Origin: Candidatus Electronema halotolerans
GTDB taxonomy: Bacteria > Desulfobacterota > Desulfobulbia > Desulfobulbales > Desulfobulbaceae
Length of the DNA: 32,000 nt
Direction of reading: 5' to 3'
Assembly: GCA_942493095.1 (NCBI GenBank)
Contig: OW818675.1
Span: forward strand, 1,260,001 to 1,292,000
Shown here: positions 23,100 to 32,000 of the stretch, piece by piece
Numbering within the stretch: position 1 is the stretch's first letter
Layout of the letters: every line of letters starts with the position of its first letter
The notes under the pieces: model-generated
Databases searched by the model: none
The model's input: only the letters and a program-made list of their open reading frames with translations
What the model was told of the DNA's origin: nothing
Made by a program: the position numbers and the translations under genes

Positions 23100-24287
23100 A
23101 TGAATAAAAAGACCTTAACAGCATTATGTTTGGCATCACTGATGCTTACAGCTAAAATGGCGCAAGCGCAAGAAGAGCAGGCTCCTTCATGTGAAACTGC
23201 TTATGCGTTTGGTTCTAAAACCTTCAGCGATATTGGCTTTACTCGTTGGGGGTGGGAGATAGTTCTACAGGGAAATGAGTTTGTAAGCACCAAAGTTTAT
23301 GCTGGTGCGGGACAGACTGACATCTTGAAAGGAACGTATGTAGGGGATCTCGAAGTTACTAGGGACAACGATCTTGTCACCTTTCAACTCCAGATGCTGG
23401 ATGGCTTCTCTGTAAGCGAAACACATATTTATGTGGGAACTTCTGATCTCTCGAAATCAGCACCTGGGCAATATGCCAATCTTACTGAAGGTAAGATCAA
23501 TTCTTTTGGCAATGGCCTGTTTAAAGTTGAACTTAATGATACTGTCACCGAGGGCGCGAAGTTATATGTTGTCGTTCATGCAGTAGTTTGTACTGGTGGA
23601 GGGGATCCAAATAATGGTGGAGACGATCCAAATGCCGAATGTGACCCAGCAGACAGCCCGTGGAAAGGAATTTGGGACAGTGCTGTAGAGTACAAGGCTG
23701 ACGATGTTGTTGAATATGAAGGCAGCAGCTATGTCAACGTTTGCTGTGATCCGCAAACAGCAGGCACAGCACCTCCTGATGATTTGTTTAATTCCGTCAC
23801 TAACGAAGGTTGTTGGAAACTCGTAGCTGAGAAAGGCGATACTGGAGCGACAGGTGAAACAGGTCCGACCGGCGAGCAAGGTGAAGTAGGTCCCGAAGGT
23901 CCGCAAGGGCCAATAGGCCCCGCTGGCCCGCAAGGTCTGAAGGGTGATAAAGGTGACAAGGGCGACACCGGCGATCAGGGAGAAGTAGGTCCCGAAGGCC
24001 CGACCGGTGCTCAAGGCCCGCAGGGCGAAGTAGGCCCGATTGGCCCGCAAGGTCTGAAGGGTGATAAAGGTGACAAGGGCGACACCGGCGATCAGGGAGA
24101 AGTAGGTCCCGAAGGCCCGACCGGTGCTCAAGGCCCGCAGGGTGAAGTAGGCCCGATTGGCCCGCAAGGTCCCGAAGGCCCGACCGGTGCTCAAGGCCCG
24201 CAGGGCGAAGTAGGCCCGATTGGCCCGCAAGGTCTGAAGGGTGATAAAGGTGACAAGGGCGACACCGGCGATCAGGGAGAAGTATAG
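23100..24287 (+). CDS. 5' fragment of the collagen-like gene (signal peptide, N-terminal domain, first 50 G-X-Y triplets), terminated by a TAG supplied by the IS end
   Basis: This is the track ORF 23097..24287. ATG 23100 is preferred over TTG 23097. The stop TAG at 24285-24287 is the first three bases of the IS630 terminus. Confidence 0.85.
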   Translation: MNKKTLTALCLASLMLTAKMAQAQEEQAPSCETAYAFGSKTFSDIGFTRWGWEIVLQGNEFVSTKVYAGAGQTDILKGTYVGDLEVTRDNDLVTFQLQMLDGFSVSETHIYVGTSDLSKSAPGQYANLTEGKINSFGNGLFKVELNDTVTEGAKLYVVVHAVVCTGGGDPNNGGDDPNAECDPADSPWKGIWDSAVEYKADDVVEYEGSSYVNVCCDPQTAGTAPPDDLFNSVTNEGCWKLVAEKGDTGATGETGPTGEQGEVGPEGPQGPIGPAGPQGLKGDKGDKGDTGDQGEVGPEGPTGAQGPQGEVGPIGPQGLKGDKGDKGDTGDQGEVGPEGPTGAQGPQGEVGPIGPQGPEGPTGAQGPQGEVGPIGPQGLKGDKGDKGDTGDQGEV

Positions 24288-25329
24288 CGGTTTCGTATTG
24301 AACAGATATCAAACCCAGCAATGACGGAAAAACGATTTGATTGATTTTGACTTAACCGTTTTCAGAGATATATCATAAGCTTCCATCAGCTCACGCTCTG
24401 TTCTCGGCTTCAATTTTCTTATAGTGTTTTTCATTACTGACCAGCAGTATTCAATAGGGTTCAGTTCAGGACGATAAGGAGGGAGGAAAATGATCTTCGC
24501 TCCTGTACTTCTGATCAAAGCGAGAGCTTCTTTGTTTTTATGAGGACTGGCATTGTCAAGAACGACTGTCTTGCTGCTGTCAAGATATTTCAAAAGATAA
24601 TTTTTTATATAGAAATAAAAGACATCTCCTGTCATGGTGCCTTTAAATTTCATGCACTTCAATATTTTTCCAAACTTTACAGCTCCTATCATGCTTATTC
24701 TTTTCCCTTTACCTGAAGGTCTTTTTGAAAAAGCTCTTGTTCCTTTTCTTGATCTTGCAAATTTTCTCGACATGTTCAAACAGCATCCTGTCTCATCAAT
24801 AAAGATGAAATTCTTTTTGTCAGCCTCGAGCAGGCCTGCAAGGTAATTAACTGTCTTTGCTATATTTTCCTCTTTATACGCCGCCGGATCGCGGAAAGTT
24901 TTTTTTTCCGGCTGATTTTCAGTCTGGCGAGAGTTTCGCACAGCGTGGAAGGTGCTATTTTTAAATTGAATTTCTCGTATAAGCGATCACACATCTCTTC
25001 AAGCGTAAGATCGTTCTCGTCATCAATCATGCTGGTCAGAAAAGGCATATGAACTTCCTTGATTTTCGGAGGATTTCCGCCTTTATGAGGCTTCGGCTCA
25101 AGCGTCCCCTCAGTCTTCCATCTTTTTACAAGACTTTGAACAAATTTATAGGAAACGTCAAGCAAATCTGCAGTTCTTCTCAATGATTTCTGTTTTTCAT
25201 AAACAGACAAGACTTTCTTTCTGAAATCAATAGAATAAATCATGGCAGACCTCCGTGTGTAAAAAAATGGAAAAAACAGACAAGTCAAGTTTAATCTTTT
25301 TCTGATAACCATACAACCTGAAACCGCTA
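24285..25329 (-). mobile_element. IS630-family (Tc1/mariner-like) insertion sequence, 1045 bp, TA target-site duplication
   Basis: The termini are tagcggtttc.../...gaaaccgcta: 10 bp perfect, about 27 bp imperfect. TA occurs at 24283-84 and 25330-31. The uninterrupted array motif gagaagTAggtccc is reconstituted on excision. The element is visibly AT-rich relative to the host repeat. Confidence 0.85.
24309..25243 (-). CDS. IS630-family DDE transposase, encoded in two overlapping frames joined at an A9 run
   Basis: orfA (25243..24860) carries the HTH part, MIYSIDFRKKVLSVYEKQKSLRRTADLL, with GGAGG 6 nt upstream. orfB (24941..24309) carries FIFIDETG, VVLDNASPH and PPYRPELNPIEYCW, the DD(35)E triad. 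A -1 shift on AAAAAAAAA (24899-24907) would give ...KISRKKKTFRDPAAYKEE... and a 311-aa fusion. Confidence 0.8.
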
Positions 25330-25331
25330 TA

Positions 25332-28300
25332 GGTCCCGAAGGCCCGACCGGTGCTCAAGGCCCGCAAGGCGAAGTAGGCCCGATTGGCCCGCAAGGTCTG
25401 AAGGGTGACAAGGGCGACACTGGCGATCAGGGTCTGCCTGGCAACGACGGTGCTCAAGGCCCGCAGGGTGAAGTAGGCCCGATTGGCCCGCAAGGTCTGA
25501 AGGGTGACAAGGGCGACACTGGCGATCAGGGTCTGCCTGGCAACGACGGTGCTCAAGGCCCGCAGGGTGAAGTAGGCCCGATTGGCCCGCAAGGTCTGAA
25601 GGGTGACAAGGGCGACACTGGCGATCAGGGTCTGCCTGGCAACGACGGTGCTCAAGGCCCGCAGGGCGAAGTAGGCCCGATTGGCCCGCAAGGTCTGAAG
25701 GGTGATAAAGGTGACAAGGGCGACACCGGCGATCAGGGAGAAGTAGGTCCCGAAGGCCCGACCGGTGCTCAAGGCCCGCAAGGCGAAGTAGGCCCGATTG
25801 GCCCGCAAGGTCTGAAGGGTGATAAAGGTGACAAGGGCGACACTGGCGATCAGGGTCTGCCTGGCAACGACGGTGCTCAAGGCCCGCAGGGTGAAGTAGG
25901 CCCGATTGGCCCGCAAGGTCCCGAAGGCCCGACCGGTGCTCAAGGCCCGCAGGGCGAAGTAGGCCCGATTGGCCCGCAAGGTCTGAAGGGTGATAAAGGT
26001 GACAAGGGCGACACTGGCGATCAGGGTCTGCCTGGCAACGACGGTGCTCAAGGCCCGCAGGGTGAAGTAGGCCCGATTGGCCCGCAAGGTCTGAAGGGTG
26101 ATAAAGGTGACAAGGGCGACACCGGCGATCAGGGAGAAGTAGGTCCCGAAGGCCCGACCGGTGCTCAAGGCCCGCAGGGTGAAGTAGGCCCGATTGGCCC
26201 GCAAGGTCTGAAGGGTGATAAAGGTGACAAGGGCGACACTGGCGATCAGGGTCTGCCTGGCAACGACGGTGCTCAAGGCCTGCAGGGTGAAGTAGGCCCG
26301 ATTGGCCCGCAAGGTCTGAAGGGTGATAAAGGTGACAAGGGCGACACTGGCGATCAGGGTCTGCCTGGCAACGACGGTGCTCAAGGCCCGCAGGGTGAAG
26401 TAGGCCCGATTGGCCCGCAAGGTCCCGAAGGCCCGACCGGTGCTCAAGGCCCGCAGGGCGAAGTAGGCCCGATTGGCCCGCAAGGTCTGAAGGGTGATAA
26501 AGGTGACAAGGGCGACACTGGCGATCAGGGTCTGCCTGGCAACGACGGTGCTCAAGGCCCGCAGGGTGAAGTAGGCCCGATTGGCCCGCAAGGTCTGAAG
26601 GGTGATAAAGGTGACAAGGGCGACACCGGCGATCAGGGAGAAGTAGGTCCCGAAGGCCCGACCGGTGCTCAAGGCCCGCAGGGTGAAGTAGGCCCGATTG
26701 GCCCGCAAGGTCTGAAGGGTGATAAAGGTGACAAGGGCGACACTGGCGATCAGGGTCTGCCTGGCAACGACGGTGCTCAAGGCCTGCAGGGTGAAGTAGG
26801 CCCGATTGGCCCGCAAGGTCTGAAGGGTGATAAAGGTGACAAGGGCGACACTGGCGATCAGGGTCTGCCTGGCAACGACGGTGCTCAAGGCCCGCAGGGT
26901 GAAGTAGGCCCGATTGGCCCGCAAGGTCCCGAAGGCCCGACCGGTGCTCAAGGCCCGCAGGGTGAAGTAGGCCCGATTGGCCCGCAAGGTCTGAAGGGTG
27001 ATAAAGGTGACAAGGGCGACACCGGCGATCAGGGTCTGCCTGGCAACGACGGTGCTCAAGGCCCGCAGGGTGAAGTAGGCCCGATTGGCCCGCAAGGTCT
27101 GAAGGGTGATAAAGGTGACAAGGGCGACACCGGCGATCAGGGAGAAGTAGGTCCCGAAGGCCCGACCGGTGCTCAAGGCCCGCAGGGTGAAGTAGGCCCG
27201 ATTGGCCCGCAAGGTCCCGAAGGCCCGACCGGTGCTCAAGGCCCGCAGGGCGAAGTAGGCCCGATTGGCCCGCAAGGTCTGAAGGGTGACAAGGGCGACA
27301 CTGGCGATCAGGGTCTGCCTGGCAACGACGGTGCTCAAGGCCCGCAGGGTGAAGTAGGCCCGATTGGCCCGCAAGGTCCCGAAGGCCCGACCGGTGCTCA
27401 AGGCCCGCAGGGTGAAGTAGGCCCGATTGGCCCGCAAGGTCTGAAGGGTGATAAAGGTGACAAGGGCGACACCGGCGATCAGGGAGAAGTAGGTCCCGAA
27501 GGCCCGACCGGTGCTCAAGGCCCGCAGGGTGAAGTAGGCCCGATTGGCCCGCAAGGTCTGAAGGGTGATAAAGGTGACAAGGGCGACACTGGCGATCAGG
27601 GTCTGCCTGGCAACGACGGTGCTCAAGGCCTGCAGGGTGAAGTAGGCCCGATTGGCCCGCAAGGTCTGAAGGGTGATAAAGGTGACAAGGGCGACACTGG
27701 CGATCAGGGTCTGCCTGGCAACGACGGTGCTCAAGGCCCGCAGGGTGAAGTAGGCCCGATTGGCCCGCAAGGTCCCGAAGGCCCGACCGGTGCTCAAGGC
27801 CCGCAGGGCGAAGTAGGCCCGATTGGCCCGCAAGGTCTGAAGGGTGATAAAGGTGACAAGGGCGACACTGGCGATCAGGGTCTGCCTGGCAACGACGGTG
27901 CTCAAGGCCCGCAGGGTGAAGTAGGCCCGATTGGCCCGCAAGGTCTGAAGGGTGATAAAGGTGACAAGGGCGACACCGGCGATCAGGGAGAAGTAGGTCC
28001 CGAAGGCCCGACCGGTGCTCAAGGCCCGCAGGGTGAAGTAGGCCCGATTGGCCCGCAAGGTCTGAAGGGTGATAAAGGTGACAAGGGCGACACTGGCGAT
28101 CAGGGTCTGCCTGGCAACGACGGTGCTCAAGGCCTGCAGGGTGAAGTAGGCCCGATTGGCCCGCAAGGTCTGAAGGGTGATAAAGGTGACAAGGGCGACA
28201 CTGGCGATCAGGGTCTGCCTGGCAACGACGGTGCTCAAGGCCCGCAGGGTGAAGTAGGCCCGATTGGCCCGCAAGGTCTGAAGGGTGATAAAGGTGACAA

Positions 28301-29036
28301 GGGCGACACTGGCGATCAGGGTCTGCCTGGCAACGACGGTGCTCAAGGCCCGCAGGGTGAAGTAGGCCCGATTGGCCCGCAAGGTCTGAAGGGTGATAAA
28401 GGTGACAAGGGCGACACCGGCGATCAGGGAGAAGTAGGTCCCGAAGGCCCGACCGGTGCTCAAGGCCCGCAGGGTGAAGTAGGCCCGATTGGCCCGCAAG
28501 GTCTGAAGGGTGATAAAGGTGACAAGGGCGACACTGGCGATCAGGGTCTGCCTGGCAACGACGGTGCTCAAGGCCTGCAGGGTGAAGTAGGCCCGATTGG
28601 CCCGCAAGGTCCCGAAGGCCCGACCGGTGCTCAAGGCCCGCAGGGCGAAGTAGGCCCGATTGGCCCGCAAGGTCTGAAGGGTGACAAGGGCGACACTGGC
28701 GATCAGGGTCTGCCTGGCAACGACGGTGCTCAAGGCCCGCAGGGTGAAGTAGGCCCGATTGGCCCGCAAGGTCCCGAAGGCCCGACCGGTGCTCAAGGCC
28801 CGCAGGGTGAAGTAGGCCCGATTGGCCCGCAAGGTCTGAAGGGTGATAAAGGTGACAAGGGCGACACCGGCGATCAGGGAGAAGTAGGTCCCGAAGGCCC
28901 GACCGGTGCTCAAGGCCCGCAGGGTGAAGTAGGCCCGATTGGCCCGCAAGGTCTGAAGGGTGATAAAGGTGACAAGGGCGACACTGGCGATCAGGGTCTG
29001 CCTGGCAACGACCGGTGCTCAAGGCCCGCAGGGTGA
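25332..29036 (+). pseudogene. Middle fragment of the collagen-like gene (409 G-X-Y triplets, phase 0), ending at a frameshift-induced TGA
   Basis: ggt ccc gaa ggc ccg acc ggt gct caa... reads [42 protein letters not shown]... The sense frame contains no ATG, GTG or TTG codon. After the extra C at 29012/13 it reads NDRCSRPAG, then TGA at 29034-29036. Confidence 0.8.
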
Positions 29037-32000
29037 AGTAGGCCCGATTGGCCCGCAAGGTCTGAAGGGTGATAAAGGTGACAAGGGCGACACTGGCGAT
29101 CAGGGTCTGCCTGGCAACGACGGTGCTCAAGGCCCGCAGGGTGAAGTAGGCCCGATTGGCCCGCAAGGTCCCGAAGGCCCGACCGGTGCTCAAGGCCCGC
29201 AGGGCGAAGTAGGCCCGATTGGCCCGCAAGGTCTGAAGGGTGATAAAGGTGACAAGGGCGACACTGGCGATCAGGGTCTGCCTGGCAACGACGGTGCTCA
29301 AGGCCCGCAGGGCGAAGTAGGCCCGATTGGCCCGCAAGGTCTGAAGGGTGATAAAGGTGACAAGGGCGACACTGGCGATCAGGGAGAAGTAGGTCCCGAA
29401 GGCCCGACCGGTGCTCAAGGCCCGCAGGGCGAAGTAGGCCCGATTGGCCCGCAAGGTCTGAAGGGTGATAAAGGTGACAAGGGCGACACTGGCGATCAGG
29501 GTCTGCCTGGCAACGACGGTGCTCAAGGCCCGCAGGGTGAAGTAGGCCCGATTGGCCCGCAAGGTCTGAAGGGTGATAAAGGTGACAAGGGCGACACCGG
29601 CGATCAGGGAGAAGTAGGTCCCGAAGGCCCGACCGGTGCTCAAGGCCCGCAAGGCGAAGTAGGCCCGATTGGCCCGCAAGGTCTGAAGGGTGACAAGGGC
29701 GACACTGGCGATCAGGGTCTGCCTGGCAACGACGGTGCTCAAGGCCTGCAGGGTGAAGTAGGCCCGATTGGCCCGCAAGGTCTGAAGGGTGATAAAGGTG
29801 ACAAGGGCGACACCGGCGATCAGGGAGAAGTAGGTCCCGAAGGCCCGACCGGTGCTCAAGGCCCGCAAGGTGAAGTAGGCCCGATTGGCCCGCAAGGTCT
29901 GAAGGGTGATAAAGGTGATAAAGGTGACAAGGGCGACACTGGCGATCAGGGAGAAGTAGGTCCCGAAGGCCCGACCGGTGCTCAAGGCCCGCAGGGTGAA
30001 GTAGGCCCGATTGGCCCGCAAGGTCTGAAGGGTGATAAAGGTGACAAGGGCGACACCGGCGATCAGGGAGAAGTAGGTCCCGAAGGCCCGACCGGTGCTC
30101 AAGGCCCGCAGGGCGAAGTAGGCCCGATTGGCCCGCAAGGTCTGAAGGGTGATAAAGGTGACAAGGGCGACACTGGCGATCAGGGTCTGCCTGGCAACGA
30201 CGGTGCTCAAGGCCCGCAGGGTGAAGTAGGCCCGATTGGCCCGCAAGGTCTGAAGGGTGACAAGGGCGACACTGGCGATCAGGGTCTGCCTGGCAACGAC
30301 GGTGCTCAAGGCCCGCAGGGTGAAGTAGGCCCGATTGGCCCGCAAGGTCTGAAGGGTGACAAGGGCGACACTGGCGATCAGGGTCTGCCTGGCAACGACG
30401 GTGCTCAAGGCCCGCAGGGCGAAGTAGGCCCGATTGGCCCGCAAGGTCTGAAGGGTGATAAAGGTGACAAGGGCGACACCGGCGATCAGGGAGAAGTAGG
30501 TCCCGAAGGCCCGACCGGTGCTCAAGGCCCGCAAGGCGAAGTAGGCCCGATTGGCCCGCAAGGTCTGAAGGGTGACAAGGGCGACACTGGCGATCAGGGT
30601 CTGCCTGGCAACGACGGTGCTCAAGGCCCGCAGGGTGAAGTAGGCCCGATTGGCCCGCAAGGTCTGAAGGGTGACAAGGGCGACACTGGCGATCAGGGTC
30701 TGCCTGGCAACGACGGTGCTCAAGGCCCGCAGGGCGAAGTAGGCCCGATTGGCCCGCAAGGTCTGAAGGGTGATAAAGGTGACAAGGGCGACACCGGCGA
30801 TCAGGGAGAAGTAGGTCCCGAAGGCCCGACCGGTGCTCAAGGCCCGCAAGGCGAAGTAGGCCCGATTGGCCCGCAAGGCCCGCAGGGCGAAGTAGGCCCG
30901 ATTGGCCCCGAAGGCCCGCAAGGTCTGAAGGGTGATAAAGGTGACAAGGGCGACACCGGCGATCAGGGTCTGCCTGGCAACGACGGCGCTCAAGGCCCGC
31001 AGGGCGAAGTAGGCCCGATTGGCCCGCAAGGTCTGAAGGGTGATAAAGGTGACAAGGGCGACACTGGCGATCAGGGTCTGCCTGGCAACGACGGTGCTCA
31101 AGGCCCGCAGGGTGAAGTAGGCCCGATTGGCCCGCAAGGTCCCGAAGGCCCGACCGGTGCTCAAGGCCCGCAGGGTGAAGTAGGCCCGATTGGCCCGCAA
31201 GGTCTGAAGGGTGATAAAGGTGACAAGGGCGACACTGGCGATCAGGGTCTGCCTGGCAACGACGGTGCTCAAGGCCTGCAGGGTGAAGTAGGCCCGCAGG
31301 GTGAAGTAGGCCCGATTGGCCCGCAAGGTCCCGAAGGCCCGCAAGGTCTGAAAGGTGACAAGGGCGACACCGGCGATCAGGGAGAAGTAGGTCCCGAAGG
31401 CCCGACCGGTGCTCAAGGCCCGCAGGGTGAAGTAGGCCCCGAAGGCCCGCAAGGTCCCGCTGGTCCTGAAGGCCCGCAGGGGGCAACTGGTCCGCAGGGT
31501 GAACAAGGTCCGCAAGGTCCGAAGGGTGACACCGGCGAATGCGAGTTGCCGTCAGTTCAGTGTGACTTCGGCCAGATATTGACTGGTTGGATCAATGGTC
31601 AACCAATCTGTGAAGATATGCCGGTTAACCTGATCGGTGGCTGCGAAACTGCCTTTGCTTACGGTGACACGACACTGAATTCCTTCCTCAACACCAATCG
31701 TTGGGGATGGCAAAACACTGTAGCCCCAGGAACGACGCTGACTCAGCCGATTTATGCCGGAGCTGGACAGAATGATATAACCAAGGGAACCAAGGTTGGT
31801 GATCTGACTATAGATTACACCGATACCACCAAAGTGACCGTCACCTACACCATGACAGCAGATGATATTATCATGAAGGAAACCCATCTGTATGTGGGTG
31901 AGGAGAGTGTCACAACGGCTGCACCGGGTCAGTATGGCCTTCAGGATGAAGGTTTGCTCAACGCAACCACTGACAGCTACACAGTGAATGTCAGCGGCAA
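29014..32000 (+). pseudogene. 3' fragment of the collagen-like gene (280 further triplets in phase +1, Cys-rich linker, C-terminal globular domain), partial at window end
   Basis: Phase-1 reading from ggt at 29014 continues [19 protein letters not shown]... to ...[69 protein letters not shown]...[20 protein letters not shown]... No stop occurs before nt 32000. Confidence 0.8.

Larger units (their letters stand above)
23835..31539 (+). repeat. Coding tandem-repeat array built from 63-, 99-, 108- and 117-nt modules (collagen triple-helix repeats)
   Basis: The modules are GLKGDK(GDK)GDTGDQ plus either [21 protein letters not shown] or [24 protein letters not shown], and stand-alone [22 protein letters not shown] 504-nt higher-order unit recurs in register (26101/26605/27109 and 27451/27955). 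Confidence 0.9.
23100..32000 (+). pseudogene. Giant secreted collagen-like (Gly-X-Y triple-helix repeat) protein gene, interrupted by an IS630 element and one frameshift; 3' end beyond the window
   Basis: AAGGAGAG lies 4 nt before the ATG at 23100. The product has a signal peptide ([23 protein letters not shown]), a globular domain and a CBM5/12-like segment. Uninterrupted G-X-Y then runs from 23835. It resumes in the same phase after the IS (25332), shifts by +1 at 29012/13, and ends at about 31536. A Cys-rich linker and a second globular domain follow, still open at nt 32000. Confidence 0.85.

Noticed and set aside
25227-31515. Three very long minus-strand ORFs (25327..31515, 2062 aa; 25227..28949, 1240 aa; 28991..31486, 831 aa), plus 23562..24230 and 23800..24321
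   Set aside because: Their products are low-complexity reiterations ([47 protein letters not shown]). These are simply the antisense frames of a Gly-X-Y coding repeat. They overlap one another in different frames. The 2062-aa ORF changes its repeat pattern exactly at the 1-nt indel (29012/13). The plus-strand reading continues a bona fide signal-peptide-bearing gene and ends in a normal globular domain.
23835-31539. Possibility that the regular repeat array is a CRISPR array or a non-coding satellite
   Set aside because: There are no unique spacers between repeats. All unit lengths are multiples of 9 nt. The array keeps a single open sense frame with Gly at every third codon and sits between coding domains.

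Overview
Bacterial chromosomal window with a GC-rich backbone and several visibly AT-rich or mobile inserts.

(1) nt 1-6743, minus strand. This is a housekeeping operon: yceD-rpmF-plsX-fabH, then an acyl-CoA dehydrogenase, then etfB and etfA. EtfA is missing from the ORF track because it runs off the left edge. It carries an N-terminal 2x[4Fe-4S] ferredoxin domain. A 1200-bp AT-rich cassette sits exactly at the etfB/etfA junction. It encodes an AbrB-like antitoxin, a PIN toxin and an Mrr-like nuclease.

(2) nt 6931-12727. A cNMP/CBS/DUF294 sensor gene lies convergent to a three-gene minus-strand operon. The operon encodes a GP42-type 'transglutaminase elicitor' homologue with a His/Cys-rich N-terminus, a caspase-like C14 peptidase, and an uncharacterised partner.

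(3) nt 13025-14678. This is a decayed phosphorothioation-related defence islet. It holds a 5' remnant of dndC and an SBD-like/HNH endonuclease gene broken by two different MITEs.

(4) nt 14838-22680 contains:
- bioF;
- a 959-aa secreted double beta-helix/PKD protein;
- a small hypothetical gene;
- a SYLF-domain protein;
- a rubredoxin with an atypical CxC motif;
- an IS66-family element.

(5) nt 23100 to the right edge. This is the main item: a giant plus-strand collagen-like (Gly-X-Y) gene with about 739 triplets, roughly 2200 residues of triple-helix repeat.
- A start-codon-dependent ORF track cannot see it. The 2062/1240/831-aa minus-strand ORFs there are antisense artefacts.
- The gene is split by an IS630-family element with a TA target duplication.
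- It also carries a single 1-nt frameshift at a hybrid repeat junction (nt 29012/29013).
- Paralogous globular domains flank the repeat region.

No rRNA, tRNA or CRISPR array was recognised.
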